Shown: positions 13,290-26,716, counted from the stretch's first letter. The stretch: 64,000 nucleotides of DNA from Mobula birostris (GCF_030028105.1 NC_092382.1:59347764-59411763), one strand, 5' to 3'. Numbers and translations are program-made. Notes: a model not told the origin generated them from the letters alone.

Positions 13290-13700
13290 GGTGAGGGAGA
13301 TGGGTGTCAGGGTTACCCAGAGAGGTGTGTGACGGAATGGCCGAGGGAGATGGGTGTCAGGGTTACTGAAGAAGGTGGATGAATGAGTTGCTGAGGGAGA
13401 TGGGTGTCGGGGTTACTGAAGGAGGTGGGTGAATGAGTTGCTGAGGGAGATGTGTGTCAGGGTTACTGAAGGAGGTGGGGGAACAAGTTGCTGAGGGAGA
13501 TGGGTGTCAGGGTTACCCAGAGAGGTGGGTGAATGTGTTGCTGAGGGAGATGTGTGTCAGGGTTACTGAAGGAGGTGGATGAATGAGTTGCTGAGGGAGA
13601 TGGGTGTCAGGGTTATTGAAGGAGGTGGGTGAACGAGTTGCTGAGGGAGATGGATGTCAGGGTTACTGAAAGGTGGGTGAATGCGTTGCTGAGGGAGATG
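13290..13700 (+). repeat. 50-bp G-rich minisatellite, ~8 copies
   Basis: Unit gggagatgggtgtcagggttactgaaggaggtgggtgaatgagttgctga. Confidence 0.9.
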
Positions 13701-14854
13701 TGTGATGAAGATGCTGAGGACAGAGTTGTGAGGGAAGGCCGAGACTGTGTGGGAGTGATCGAGGGAGAGTGGAGTGGAATCAAGTGAAAGAGTGTTGCGT
13801 GACGGGTCTGACCAATTGGGATGGACACAGATATCTAGGTATCTCGAGCAGTGAGTGTTCAGGAGGCCACTGCGACTGGTATGTGGAAATGCGGGATGAA
13901 CAGAAGGTCATGCGTTTTGATAAAGATGAACTGAAATAAATGTACAGATGCTGGGATAATTAAGTGACGTAGCATACCGGGTCAGATCCTAGTAGCCCTG
14001 GATATTACAGCTTAGAGAATTGTTCTGGAGTGTCTGACGTACAAGGAAGGATCGACTCAGAGTGGAGGGAATTGAGGGAATTGACTCAGAGTGGATGGAA
14101 TGGAGGGAATTGTCAAAGATCCATCTGGTAGAATGATGGAGGTGTTTTGTTATGGACAACTTAGTCTGCTGAATGGACCTCTCATGCGAGGAGGATGTGG
14201 ATTGCAGTGACTGGTGTTTGAGTGAGTACTGTATAACCTTACATTGTGGAGAATGATGGGCCTGTGATGGCATGATGGAATGCTAATTTTGGTGATTCCT
14301 GTAGGTCGTCCCATCACAAACTTACTCAATATTTCCTCTCCAAACTCACCATGTGTTCCTGATATAAAACACATTCAGCGTCTCTTTGGAACAGTCAGGT
14401 ACAGAGAATGTCTTTGTCCACAATCCCATAACCATCTACAAGCACACTGTCAGTGGTAGGAGTGTTAGAAATTGAGGCTGTCCCATGTCTCTGTGATGGA
14501 AATTTGAATATTTGTGTTTCCATAACAAGAGAAGAGTTGCTTGGGAAACAGAAAGGTCTGAATGTAGATAGATCACCTGGACCAGACCCAGAGTTCTGGA
14601 AGAGGTGGCTGAAGAGACTGTAGAGGGATTAGTCATGATCTTTCAAGAATCACTAGATTCTCTAGATTCTACATGTTTCTGAAAGACAAGAAAATTACAG
14701 ATGTCACTCCACTCTTGAAGAAGATAGCGAAGCAGAAAGGAGGAAACTATAGGCCTGTTATTCCAATCTCAGTGGTAGGAAAGATGTTGGAGTCCCAAAC
14801 CAGTGGTCTATTGTCTGTTCCTTTGTACTCACCATGTGCCCTTGTTTATTTCAG

Positions 14855-14947
14855 ATCCATCATCTGTACCAACTCCACAAACCGAGAGGACAACTGCTGA
14901 GCCAAGTAATGATTTGTCCACAATCACAGACCAAGATACAAGCTCAG
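14855..14947 (+). CDS. Mucin-like repeat exon copy 6 (DPSSVPTPQTERTTAEPSNDLSTITDQDTSS)
   Basis: tttcag|...|gtatca, 93 bp, open. Confidence 0.75.
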
Positions 14948-16076
14948 GTATCAGTTGTGGGGACATGTTGTACACTGACTGCTCTCTGAAATTATCATCC
15001 AATGGATTCAACCAGAATCAAGGGACTGACTGAGCAGAGATGGGTGACGAAGCAGCCGAGGGGGAAAGACGACAGACGGACCAAGGACAGATGGGTGTGG
15101 GATGGCTCAAATGGTGAGGGAGAGACTGAGGGGAGCGTGTAGAGGGAGGAAATAAAAGTGCTGCATGATGGGTCTGACCAGTCGGGATGGGCTTGGGGTT
15201 TGCTGTGAGCAATGGGGATTGTGTTCACTGTGCCTAGCACCTGAGTGAGTGGGATGAGTGACTGTAACATACAGAGTCAAATCTCACTATCCCTGGGTGT
15301 TTCATAACCATGAATTGTTCTTGAGTGTATGATGTATTGGCAAGGATTGACAGTGTGGGAACAATTGAAAAAAGGGTTCTAGCCATCTGTTCGAAAGATG
15401 AAGGTGATTTGTTTGGGATAACTTGGGATCGCTCATGGCAGGAGGATACAAAATTCTGAGCCTGGTGGTTGGGTGAGTCGTTACATTTTCGGGTGTGATG
15501 TGCCTTTGTTGGTATGTTGGAAGTCTGGTTGTGGTGATTGCTGTAGGCTCGTCCCATCACAAGTTAGCACAGTACATCCTCTCCAACACATATTCATTGT
15601 CTCTTGGGAATATTAGGGTACAGATTTATGACTTTGTCCACAATCGCATAACCATCTACAAGTGCATTGTCAGTGGTAGGCGTGGTAGAAATCGATTTTA
15701 TTGCAAATCACAATGGTGGAGCTTTGACAAAAACTGTGTTACCATAATGAGAGAGGAGGTTCTTGGGAAACTGAAATGTCTGAATGTAGATGAAACATTT
15801 GAACAAGATGGTGTACCCCCAGGGTTCTGGAAGAGGAGGCTGAAGAGATTGTGGAAGGATTGGTAATGATATTTCAAGAATCACTAGATTCTGGATTGGT
15901 TCCGGATGACTGCAGAATTACAAATGTAACTCCACTCTTCAAGAAGGTAGAGGGATAGAAGGAAGGGTACTACAGGCCAGTTGTTCCGGCCTCAGTGACT
16001 GGGAGATGTTGGAGTCCCAACGCGGTGGGCAATTGTCTGTTCCTCTATTCGCACTATGTGCCTCTGTTTATTACAG

Positions 16077-16169
16077 ATTCAGCATCTGTACCAACTCCGC
16101 AACGCAAGGGGACAACTCCCGAGCCAAGCGATGATTTGTCCACAATCAATGACCCAGATACAAGCTCAG
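16077..16169 (+). CDS. Mucin-like repeat exon copy 7 (DSASVPTPQRKGTTPEPSDDLSTINDPDTSS)
   Basis: ttacag|...|gtatca, 93 bp, open. Confidence 0.75.
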
Positions 16170-17496
16170 GTATCAGTTGTGGGGATGTGTTTTACACAGA
16201 CGCCTCTCTGCAATTAACATTCAACAGTAATGGAGGGCTCGAGGGAGATGGTTGATAGAGTGACAGAGTGGGCTGGGTGACGGAGTGGCAGAGGGAGATG
16301 TGTGTCAAGGTGACCCAGAGAGGTGGGTGACGGAGTGGGCAACGGGTACGGGTGACGGAGTGGGCGAGGGTTATGGGTGACGGAGTGGCTGAGGGTTATG
16401 GGTGACGGAGTGGCCGAGAGAGATGGTTGTAAGGGTTATTTAAGCAGGTGAGTGAACGAGTGGCTGAGGGAGATAGGTGATGAGGGTGCTGATGACAGAG
16501 GAGTGTGGGAAGGCTGAGCAGGTGTGGGAGTGACTGAGGAGAGAGTGGTGAGGAAACAAGTAAAGAGTTTTACATGATGGGTCTGAACAATTGGACTGGA
16601 AACAAATATCTAGGTATTCTGAGCATTGAGTGTTGGAGAGGCCACTGGGACTGGTACATGGAACTACGGGATGTACAGAAGTTCATGCTTTGTGATAAAC
16701 ATAAAGTGAGATGAATGTACAGATGCTGGGGATAGTTGAGTGATCGTAGCATGCAGGGTCAGATTTCAGTATCCCTGGATGTTACATCCTAGAGAATTGT
16801 TCTGTAGTGTCTGACGTACAGGCAAGGATTGACTCAGATTGGGAAAAGAGCGAGTTGCCTAAAGGCCATCTAGTGGAAAGCGGGAGGTGGTTTGCTATGG
16901 ATGACTTAGTTTAGCTGACCAGACCTCTCCTGTGAGGAAGATGTATATTGCAGTGACCGGTGGTTGGGTGAGTGCTGTATAAACTCACATAGTGGAGCAC
17001 GATGGGCCTGTGATGGTATGACGGAAGGCTGGCTGTGGTGATTCCTGTATCTGGTCCATCACAAGCTCGCCCAGTAAATCTTCTCCAACACACACCATGT
17101 GTCCCTGATTTGAAACACATTCAGGGACTCTTTGGAGCAGTAGGGTACACAACACGACCTTGTCCACAATCCCAGAAACATCCACGAGCACGTTTGTCAG
17201 TGGTAGGGGTGATAGAAATAGAGCCTCCTGCAAAACACAATGATGGAACTTCGACTGGACTGTGTTACCATAACTAGAGAAGAGATTCTTGGGAAGCTGA
17301 AAGGTCTGAATGTAGATGAGACATCTGAATGAGATCATGTATTCCCAGAGTTCTGGAAGAGCAGGCTGATGAGTGTGTGGAAGGATTGGTAATGATCTTT
17401 CAAGAATCACGAGATTCTGGATTGGTTCCGGATGACGGCAAAATTACAAATGTAACTCCACTCTTCAAGAAGGTAGAGGGGCAGAAGGAAGGATAC

Positions 17497-17636
17497 CAAT
17501 AGGCTGGTCCTGGACTTATTTCCTGGCATAATTTACATATTGCTATTTAACTATTTATGGTTTTATTACGATTTATTTATGGTGCAATTGTAACGAAAAC
17601 CAATTTCCCCCGGGATCAATAAAGTATGACTATGAC
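17497..17636 (+). mobile_element. 140-bp extreme 3' end of a non-LTR retroelement (Rex1/L2-like tail)
   Basis: Ends 'cccgggatcaataaagtatgactatgac' (AATAAA plus short tandem tail). It is absent from the paralogous unit at ~23720. Confidence 0.8.
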
Positions 17637-17742
17637 TACAAGCCAGTTATTCTGGCCTCAGTGATTGGGAGATGTTGGAGTCCCAATGGGATGGGCATTT
17701 GTCTGTTCCTCTATTCACACCATGTGCCCTTGTTTATTACAG

Positions 17743-17835
17743 ATCCAACATCTGTACCAACTCCACAAACTGAGGGGACAAGTCCTGATCCAAGCGATGA
17801 TTACTCCACAATCACGGACCCAGATACAAGCTCAG
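17743..17835 (+). CDS. Mucin-like repeat exon copy 8 (DPTSVPTPQTEGTSPDPSDDYSTITDPDTSS)
   Basis: ttacag|...|gtatca, 93 bp, open. Confidence 0.75.
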
Positions 17836-18119
17836 GTATCAATTATGGGGATGTGTTTTACAGTGACTCCTCTCTGCAATTAACATTCGATGGATAGAAC
17901 CAGCATCAAGCAGCTGACTGAGGGATGATGGGAGATGGAGGGCCCGAAGGAGATCGGTGCGAGTGCCAGATGGGGATGGGTGATGGATTAGCTGAAGGAG
18001 ATATGTGTCAGCATGACCAAGAGAGGTGGGTGACTGGGTGGTCGAGGGAGATGTGTGCCGGAGTGGATGAGAGAGATGGGTGTCAGGCTTATCCAGAGAG
18101 GTTGGTGATGGAATGGACG

Positions 18120-20030
18120 AGGGAGATGTGTGTCAGGGTGACTGAAGGAGGTGGATGAATGAGTTGCCGAGGGAGATGGATGTCAGGGTTACTGAAGGAG
18201 GTGGGTGAATGAGTTGCTGATGGAGATGGGTGTCAGAGTTACTGAAGGAGGTGGGTGAACGAGATGCTGATGGAGATGGGTGTCAGGGTGACTGAAGGAG
18301 GTGGATGAATGAGTTGTTGACGGAGATGGGTGTCAGGGTTACTGAAGGAGGTGGGAGAATGAGTTGCTGAGGGAGATGGGTGTCAGGGTTACTGAAGGAG
18401 GTGGGTGAACGAGATGTTGATGGAGATGGGTGTCAGGGTGACTGAAGGAGGTGGATGAATGAGTTGCCGAGGGAGATGGATGTCAGGGTTACTGAAGGAG
18501 GTGGGTGAATGAGTTGCTGATGGAGATGGGTGTCAGAGTTACTGAAGGAGGTGGGTGAACGAGATACTGATGGAGATGGGTGTCAGGGTGACTGAAGGAG
18601 GTGGATGAATGAGTTGCTGACGGAGATGGGTGTCAGGGTTACTGAAGGAGGTGGGAGAATGAGTTGCTGAGGGAGATGGGTGTCAGGGTTACTGAAGGAG
18701 GTGGGTGAACGAGTTGCTGAGGGAGATGGGTATCAGGGTTACTGAAGGAGGTGGGTGAACGAGATGCTGAGGGAGATGGGTATCAGGGTTACTGAAGGAG
18801 GTGGGTGAACGAGACGCTGAGGGAGATGTGTGTCAGGGTTACTGAAGGAGATGGGTGAATGAGTTGCTGAGGGAGATGTGTGTCAGGGTGACCGAAGGAG
18901 GTGGATGAATGAGTTGCTGAGGGAGATGGGTGTCAGGGTTACTGAAGGAGGTGGATGAATGAGTTGCTGAGGTAGATGGGTATCAGGGTTACTGAAAGAG
19001 GTGGGGGAATGAGTTGCCGAGGGAGATGGGTGTCAGGGTTACTGAAGGAGGTGGGGGAATGAGTTGCCGAGGGAGATGGGTGTCAGGGTTACTGAAGGAG
19101 GTGGGTGAATAAGTTGCTGAGGGAGATAGGTGTCAGGGTTACTGAAGGAGGTGGGTGAACGAGATGCTGAGGGAGATGTGTGTCAGGGTTACTGAAGGAG
19201 GTAGGTGAATGAGTTGCTGAGGGAGATGGGTGTCAGGGTTACTGAAGGAGGTGGGTGAATGAGTTGCTGAGGGAGATGGGTGTCAGGGTTACTGAAGGAG
19301 GTGGGTGAATGAGTTGCTGAGGGAGATGGGTGTCAGGGTTACTGAAGGAGGTGGGGGAATGATTTGCTGAGGGAGATGAGTGTCAGGGTTACTGAAGGAG
19401 GTGGGTGACGGAGTGGCCGAGGGAGATGGATGTCAGGGTTACTGAAGGAGGTGGGTTAACGAGATGCTGAGGGAGATGGGTATCAGGGTTACTGAAAGAG
19501 GTGGGGGAATGAGTTGCCGAGGGAGATGGGTGTCAGGGTTACTGAAGGAGGTGGGGGAATGAGTTGCCGAGGGAGATGGGTGTCAGGGTTACTGAAGGAG
19601 GTGGGTGAATAAGTTGCTGAGGGAGATAGGTGTCAGGGTTACTGAAGGAGGTGGGTGAACGAGATGCTGAGGGAGATGTGTGTCAGGGTTACTGAAGGAG
19701 GTAGGTGAATGAGTTGCTGAGGGAGATGTGTGTCAGGGTTACTGAAGGAGGTGGGTGAACGAGATGTTGATGGAGATGGGTGTCAGGGTTACTGAAGGAG
19801 GTGGGTGAATGAGTTGCTGAGGGAGATGGGTGTCAGGGTTACTGAAGGAGGTGGGTGAATGAGTTGCTGAGGGAGATGGGTGTCAGGGTTACTGAAGGAG
19901 GTGGGGGAATGATTTGCTGAGGGAGATGAGTGTCAGGGTTACTGAAGGAGGTGGGTGACGGAGTGGCCGAGGGAGATGGATGTCAGGGTTACTGAAGGAG
20001 GTGGGTTAACAAGATGCTGAGGGAGATAGG
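18120..20030 (+). repeat. 50-bp G-rich minisatellite, ~38 copies
   Basis: Exact 50-bp period of actgaaggag gtgggtgaat gagttgctga gggagatggg tgtcagggtt with point variants. Confidence 0.97.
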
Positions 20031-21140
20031 TGATGGAGATGCTGAAGACAGAGTTGTGAGGGAATGCCGAGAATGTGTGGGAGTGACCGAGGGAGAGTGG
20101 AGTGGAATCAAGTGAAAGAGTGTTGCGTGACGGGTCTGACCAATTGAATGGATATAAATATCTAGGTATTCCGAGCAGTGGGTGTTCAGGAGGCCACTGC
20201 GACTGGTATGTGGAACTGCGGGGTGAAAAGAAGGTCATGTGTTTTGATAAACATGAACTGAAATGAATGCACAGATGCTGGGATAATTAAGTGACCGTAG
20301 CATACAGGGTCAGATCCCAGTATCCCTGGATATTACAGCTTAGAGAATTGTTCTGGAGTGTCTGACGTACAACGGAGGATTGACTCAGACTAGGAATGCA
20401 GGGAATTTTCAAAGATCCGTCTGATAGAAGGATGGAGGTGTTTTGTTATGGACGACTTAGTCAGCTGAATGGACCTCTCATGCGAGGAAGATGTGGATTG
20501 CAGTGACTGGTGTTTGAGTGAGTATGTATAACCTTACATTGTGGAGAATGATGGGCCTGTGATGGCATGATGGAATGCTAATTTTGGTGATTCCTGTAGG
20601 TCGTCCCATCACAAACTTACTCAATATTTCTTCTCCAAACTCATCATGTGTTCCTGATATAAAACACATTCAGCGTCTCTTCGGAACAGTCAGGTACAGA
20701 GAATGTCTTTGTCCACAATCCCATAACCATCTACAAGCACACTGTCAGTGGTAGGGGTAGTAGAAGTTGAGGCTGTCCCATGTCTCTGTGGTGGAAATTT
20801 GAATATTTGTGTTTCCATAACAAGAGAGGAGTTGCTTGGGAAACAGAAAGTTCTGAATGTAGATAGATCACCTGGACCAGACCCAGAGTTCTGGAAGAGG
20901 TGGCTGAAGAGACTGTAGAGGGATTAGTCATGATCTTTCAAGAATCACTAGATTCTACATGTTTCTGAAAGACAAGAAAATTACAGATGTCACTCCACTC
21001 TTGAAGAAGATAGCGAAGCAGTAAGAAGGAAACTATAGGCCTGTTATTCCAATCTCAGTGGTAGGAAAGATGTTGGAGTCCCAAACCAGTGGTCTATTGT
21101 CTGTTCCTTTGTACTCACCATGTGCCCTTGTTTATTTCAG

Positions 21141-21233
21141 ATCCATCATCTGTACCAACTCCACAAACCGAGAGGACAACTACTGAGCCAAGTAATGATT
21201 TGTCCACAATCACAGATCAAGATACAAGCTCAG
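21141..21233 (+). CDS. Mucin-like repeat exon copy 9 (DPSSVPTPQTERTTTEPSNDLSTITDQDTSS)
   Basis: tttcag|...|gtatca, 93 bp, open; near-identical to copy 6. Confidence 0.75.
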
Positions 21234-22365
21234 GTATCAGTTGTGGGGACATGTTGTACACTGACTGCTCTCTGAAATTATCATCCAATGGATTCAACCA
21301 GAATCAAGGGACTGACTGAGCAGAGATGGGTGACGAAGCAGCCGAGGGGGAAAGACGACAGACGGACCAAGGACAGACAGGTGTGGGATGGCTCAAATGG
21401 TGAGGGAGAGACCGAGGGGAGCGTGTAGAGGGAGGAAGTAAAAGTGCTGCATGATGGGTCTGACCAGTCGGGATGAGCTTGGGGTTTGCTGTGAGCAGCG
21501 GGGATTGTGGAGTTCACTGTGCCTAGCACCTGAGTGAGTGGGATGAGTGACTGTAACATACAGAGTCAAATCTCACTACCCCTGGGTGTTTCATAACCAT
21601 GAATTGTTCTTGAGTGTATGATGTATTGGCAAGGATTGACAGTGTGGGAACAATTGAAAAAAGGGTTCTAGCCATCTGTTCGAAAGATGAAGGTGATTTG
21701 TTTGGGATAACTTGGGATCGCTCATGGCAGGAGGATACAAAATTCTGAGCCTGGTGGTTGGGTGAGTCGTTACATTTTCGGGTGTGATGTGCCTTTGTTG
21801 GTATGTTGGAAGTCTGGTTGTGGTGATTCCTGTAGGCTCGTCCCATCACAAGTTAGCACAGTACATCCTCTCCAACACATATTCATTGTCTCTTGGGAAT
21901 ATTAGGGTACAGATTTATGACTTTGTCCACAATCGCATAACCATTTACAAGTGCATTGTCAGTGGTAGGCGTGGTAGAAATCGATTTTATTGCAAATCAC
22001 AATGGTGGAGCTTTGACAAAAACTGTGTTACCATAATGAGAGAGGAGGTTCTTGGGAAACTGAAATGTCTGAATGTAGATGAAACATTTGAACAAGATGG
22101 TGTACCCCCAGGGTTCTGGAAGAGGAGGCTGAAGAGATTGTGGAAGGATTGGTAATGATATTTCAAGAATCACTAGATTCTGGATTGGTTCCGGATGACT
22201 GCAAAATTACAAATGTAACTCCATTCTTCAAGAAGGTAGAGGGATAGAAGGAAGGGTACTACAGGCCAGTTGTTCCGGCCTCAGTGACTGGGAGATGTTG
22301 GAGTCCCAACGCGGTGGGCAATTGTCTGTTCCTCTATTCGCACCATGTGCCTCTGTTTATTACAG

Positions 22366-22458
22366 ATTCAGCATCTGTACCAACTCCGCAACACAAGGGG
22401 ACAACTCCCGAGCCAAGCGATGATTTGTCCACAATCAATGACCCAGAAACAAGCTCAG
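22366..22458 (+). CDS. Mucin-like repeat exon copy 10 (DSASVPTPQHKGTTPEPSDDLSTINDPETSS)
   Basis: ttacag|...|gtatca, 93 bp, open; near-identical to copy 7. Confidence 0.75.
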
Positions 22459-23829
22459 GTATCAGTTGTGGGGATGTGTTTTACAGAGACTTCTCTCTGC
22501 AATTAACATTCAATGGTAATGGAGGGCCCAAGGGAAATGCATGATGGAGTGACAGAGTGGGCTGGCTGACGGAGTGGCAGAGCGAAATATGTGTCAGGGT
22601 GACCCAGAGAGGTGGATGTTGGAGTGGGTGAGGGTGATGGGTGACGGAGTAGCCGAGGGAGATGGTTGTAAGGGTTATTTAAGCAGGTGAGTGAACGAGT
22701 GGCTGAGGGAGATAGGTGATGAGGGTGCTGATGACAGAGGAGTGTGGGAAGGCTGAGCAGGTGTGGGAGTGACTGAGGAGAGAGTGGTGAGGAAACAAGT
22801 AAAGAGTTTTACATGAAGGGTCGAATGGACACAGATATCTAGGTATTCTGAGCAATGGTGTTGGAGAGGCCACTGGGGCTGGTACATGGAACTACGGGAT
22901 GTACAGAAGGTCATGCATTGTGATAAACATGAAGTGAAATGAATGTACAGATACTGGGGATAGTTGAGTGATTGTAGCATGCAGGGTCAGATTTCAGTAT
23001 CCCTGGATGTTACATCCTAGAGAATTGTTCTGTAGTGTCTGACGTACAGGCAAGGTTTGACTCAGATTGGGAAAAGAGCGAGTTGCCTAAAGGCCACCTA
23101 GTAGAAAGTGGGAGGTGATTTGCTATGGACGACTTACTTCAGCTGACCAGACCTCTCCTGTGAGGAAGATGTGCATTGCAGTGACTGGTGGTTGGGTGAG
23201 TGCTGTATAAACTTACATAGTGGAGCACGATGGGCCTGTGATGGTATGACGGAAGGCTGGCTGTGGTGATTCCTGTATCTGGTCCATCACAAGCTCTCAC
23301 GGTACATCTTCTCCCACACACACCATGTGTCCCTGATTTGAAACACATTCAGGGACTCTTGGGACAGTAGGGTACACAACACGACCTTGTCCACAATCCC
23401 AGAAACATCCACGAGCACGTTTGTCAGCGGTAGGGGTGGTAGAAATAGAGCCTCCTGCAAAACACAATGATGGAGCTTTGACTGGACTGTGTTACCATAA
23501 CTAGAGAAGATATCCTTGGGAAACTGAAAGGTCTGAATGTAGATGAGACATCTGAACGAGATTGTGTACCCCCAGATTTCTAGAAGAGGAGGCTGATGAG
23601 TGTGTGGAAGGATTGGTAATGATCTTTCAAGAATCACAAGAGTCTGGATTGGTTCTGGATGACTACAAATTTACAAATGTAACTCCACTCTTCAAGAAGG
23701 TAGAGAGGCAGAAGGAAGGAGAATACAAGCCAGTTATTCTGGCCTCAGTGACTGGAAGATGTTGGAGTCCCAACGTGGCGGGCAATTGTCTGTTCCTCTA
23801 TTTGCACCATGTGCCTCTGTTTATTACAG

Positions 23830-23922
23830 ATTCAGCATCTGTACCAACTCCACAAACTGAGTGGACAACTCCTGAGCCAAGTGATGATTACTCCACAATC
23901 AAGGACCCAGATACAAGCTCAG
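23830..23922 (+). CDS. Mucin-like repeat exon copy 11 (DSASVPTPQTEWTTPEPSDDYSTIKDPDTSS)
   Basis: ttacag|...|gtatga, 93 bp, open. A 41-bp duplication follows and creates a second donor at 23963. Confidence 0.7.
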
Positions 23923-25333
23923 GTATGATTACTCCACAATCAAGGGCCCAGATACAAGCTCAGGTATCAGTTGTGGGGATGTGTTTTACAGTGACTCCTC
24001 TCTGCAATTAACATTCGATGGATAGAACCAGCATCAAGTGGCTGACTGAGGGATGATGGGAGATGGAGGGCCCGAAGGAGATCTTTGCAAGTGGCAGAGG
24101 GGGGTGGGTGATGGATTAGCTGAAGGAGATGTGTGTCAGGGTTACTGAGAGAGGTGGGTGACGGAGTGGCTGAGGGAGATGGATGTCAGGGTTACTGAAG
24201 GAGGTGGGTGAACGAGTTGCTGAGGGAGATAGGTGATGGAGATGCTGAGGACAGAGGGGTTTGGGAAGGCCGAGAATGTGTGGGAGTGACCGAGGGAGAG
24301 TGGAGTGGAATCAAGTGAAAGAGTGTTGCGTAACGGGTCTGACCAATTGGAATGGACACAAATATCTAGGTATTCTGAGCAGTGGGTGTTCAGGAGGCCA
24401 CTGGGACTGGTATGTGGAACTGTGGGATGAACAGAAGGTCATGCTTTGTGATAAACATGAACTGAAATGAATGTACAGATGCTGGGATAATTAAGTCACC
24501 GTAGCATACAGGGTCAGATCCCAGTATCCCTGGATATTACAGCTTAGAGAATTGTTCTGGAGTGTCTGCCGTACAAGGAATGATTGATTCAGAGTGGGAA
24601 TGCAGGGAATTGTCAAAGATACATCCGGTAGAAGGATGGAGGTGTTTTGTTATGGACGACTTAGCTGAGTGGACCTCTCATGCGAGGAGGATGTGGTTTG
24701 CAGTGACTGATGTTTGAGTGAGTACTGTATAACCTTACATTGTGGAGACTGATGGGCCTGTGATGGCATGATGGAATGCTGATTTTGTTGATTCCTGTAG
24801 GTTTTCCCATCACAAATCTACTCACTACTTCCTCTCCAAAAGTGTTCCTGATATAAAACACATTCAGCGTCTCTTGGGAACGGTAGGGTACAGAGAATGT
24901 CTTCGTCCACAATCCCATAACCACCTACAAGCACACTGTCAGTGGTAGGGGTGGTAGAAGTTGAGGCTGTCCCATGTCTCTGTGATGGAAATTTGAATGT
25001 TTGTGTTTCCATAACAAGAGAGGGGGTGCTTGTGTAACAGAAAGGTCTGAATGTAGATGGATCACCTGGACCAGACCCAGAGTTCTGGAAGAGGTGGCTG
25101 AGGAGATTGTAGAGGGATTAGTCTTGATCTTTCAAGAATCACTTGATTCTACATGTTTCTGAAAGACAAGAAAATTACAGATGTCACTCCACTCTTGAAG
25201 AAGGTAGCGAAGCAGGAAGAAGGAAACAATAGGCCTGTTATTCTAATCTCAGTGGTAGGGAAAATGTTGGAGTCCAAACCGGCGGTCTATTGTCTGTTCC
25301 ATTGTTCCCACCATTTACCCCTGTTTATTACAG

Positions 25334-25426
25334 ATCCAACAGCTGTACCAACTCCACAAACCGAGGGGACAAGTCCTGAGCCAAGTGATGATTTGTCCAC
25401 AATCATGGACCAGGATACAAGCTCAG
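25334..25426 (+). CDS. Mucin-like repeat exon copy 12 (DPTAVPTPQTEGTSPEPSDDLSTIMDQDTSS)
   Basis: ttacag|...|gtatca, 93 bp, open. Confidence 0.75.
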
Positions 25427-26716
25427 GTATCAGTTATGGGGATATGTTTTACACAGTCATCACTCTGAAATTATCATCCAATGGATTCAACCAGAATCAA
25501 GTGACTGACTGAGCGGAGATGGGTGATGGAGGGATCGAGGGAGATTGGTGATAGATGGAGGGATCAAGGGAGATTGGTGATAGAGTCACCATGGGAGATG
25601 GGTGATGGACGGGCTGTGGGAGACCGATGACAGATGGACCAAGGACAGAGGGGTGTGGGATGGCTCAAAGGGTGTGGGAGAGACCAAGGGAAGAGTGTTG
25701 AGGGAGCAAGTAAAAGTGTGTTGCATGATGGGTGTGACCAATCGGGATGGTCTTGGGGTTTGCCCTGAGCAGCGGGGGGATTGTGGAGGTCACTGTGCTT
25801 GGCACACGGGTGAGTGGGATGCACAGGAGCTTGGTTGTTCAGATAATATGATTTGAAATCAACTTAAAGGTGCTTTGGATAACTGAGTGACTATAGCATA
25901 CAGAGTCAAATCTCAGTATCCCTGGACGCTGCATCCCTGGAGAGAATGACACATTGGCAAGGAATGAGAGAATGGGACTGGAGAGATTGACCAAGAGGGT
26001 TCTAGCCATCTGATCGAAAGATGGAGGTGATTTGGTTGGGATGACCCAGGATCTCTCATGGGAGGAGGATGCCAAATGCTGATTGTGGTGGCTGGGTGAG
26101 TGCTGGATAACCTAACATGATCGGGTGTGATATGCCTTTGTTGGTACGTTGGAAGTCTGGTTGTGATGATATCAGTTATCTCATCCTGTCACAAACTAGC
26201 ATAATACTTCCTCTCCAACACTCACCATGTGCCCCCGATTAAAACATATTCAGGGTCTCGTGGGAACAGTAAGTCAAAGAGCATGACTTTGTCCACAATT
26301 GCATCACCGTCTGCACCACATTTGTCAGTGGTAGCGGTTGTAGAAATGGAGCCTCCTGCAAATCACAATGGTGTAGCTTTGACTGAGCTGTGTTACCATC
26401 ACTAGAGAGGAGGTACTTGGGAAACTGAAAGGTCTGAATGCAGATGAGACAGATGAACGAGAGTTCTGGAAAAGCAGGTTGAAGAGATGGTGGCGGGATT
26501 GGTAATGATCTTGCAAAAATCACTAGATTCCGGAATGGTTCCAGATGGCTGTAAAATTACAAATGTATTTCCACTCTTCAATAAGGTAGAGAGGCAGAAG
26601 TAGAGAAAATATAGGCCGGTTATTTTGACTTCAGTGATTGAGTAGATGTTGGAGTCCCAACTGGGTGGTCAATTGTCTGTTCCTGTGTTCCCAACATGTG
26701 CTCATTTTTATTGCAG

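Noticed and set aside
18120-20030. Regular short repeats as a CRISPR-like array (also 49164-49658)
   Set aside because: Head-to-tail units with no unique spacers, no cas genes, and a eukaryotic context. These are minisatellites.
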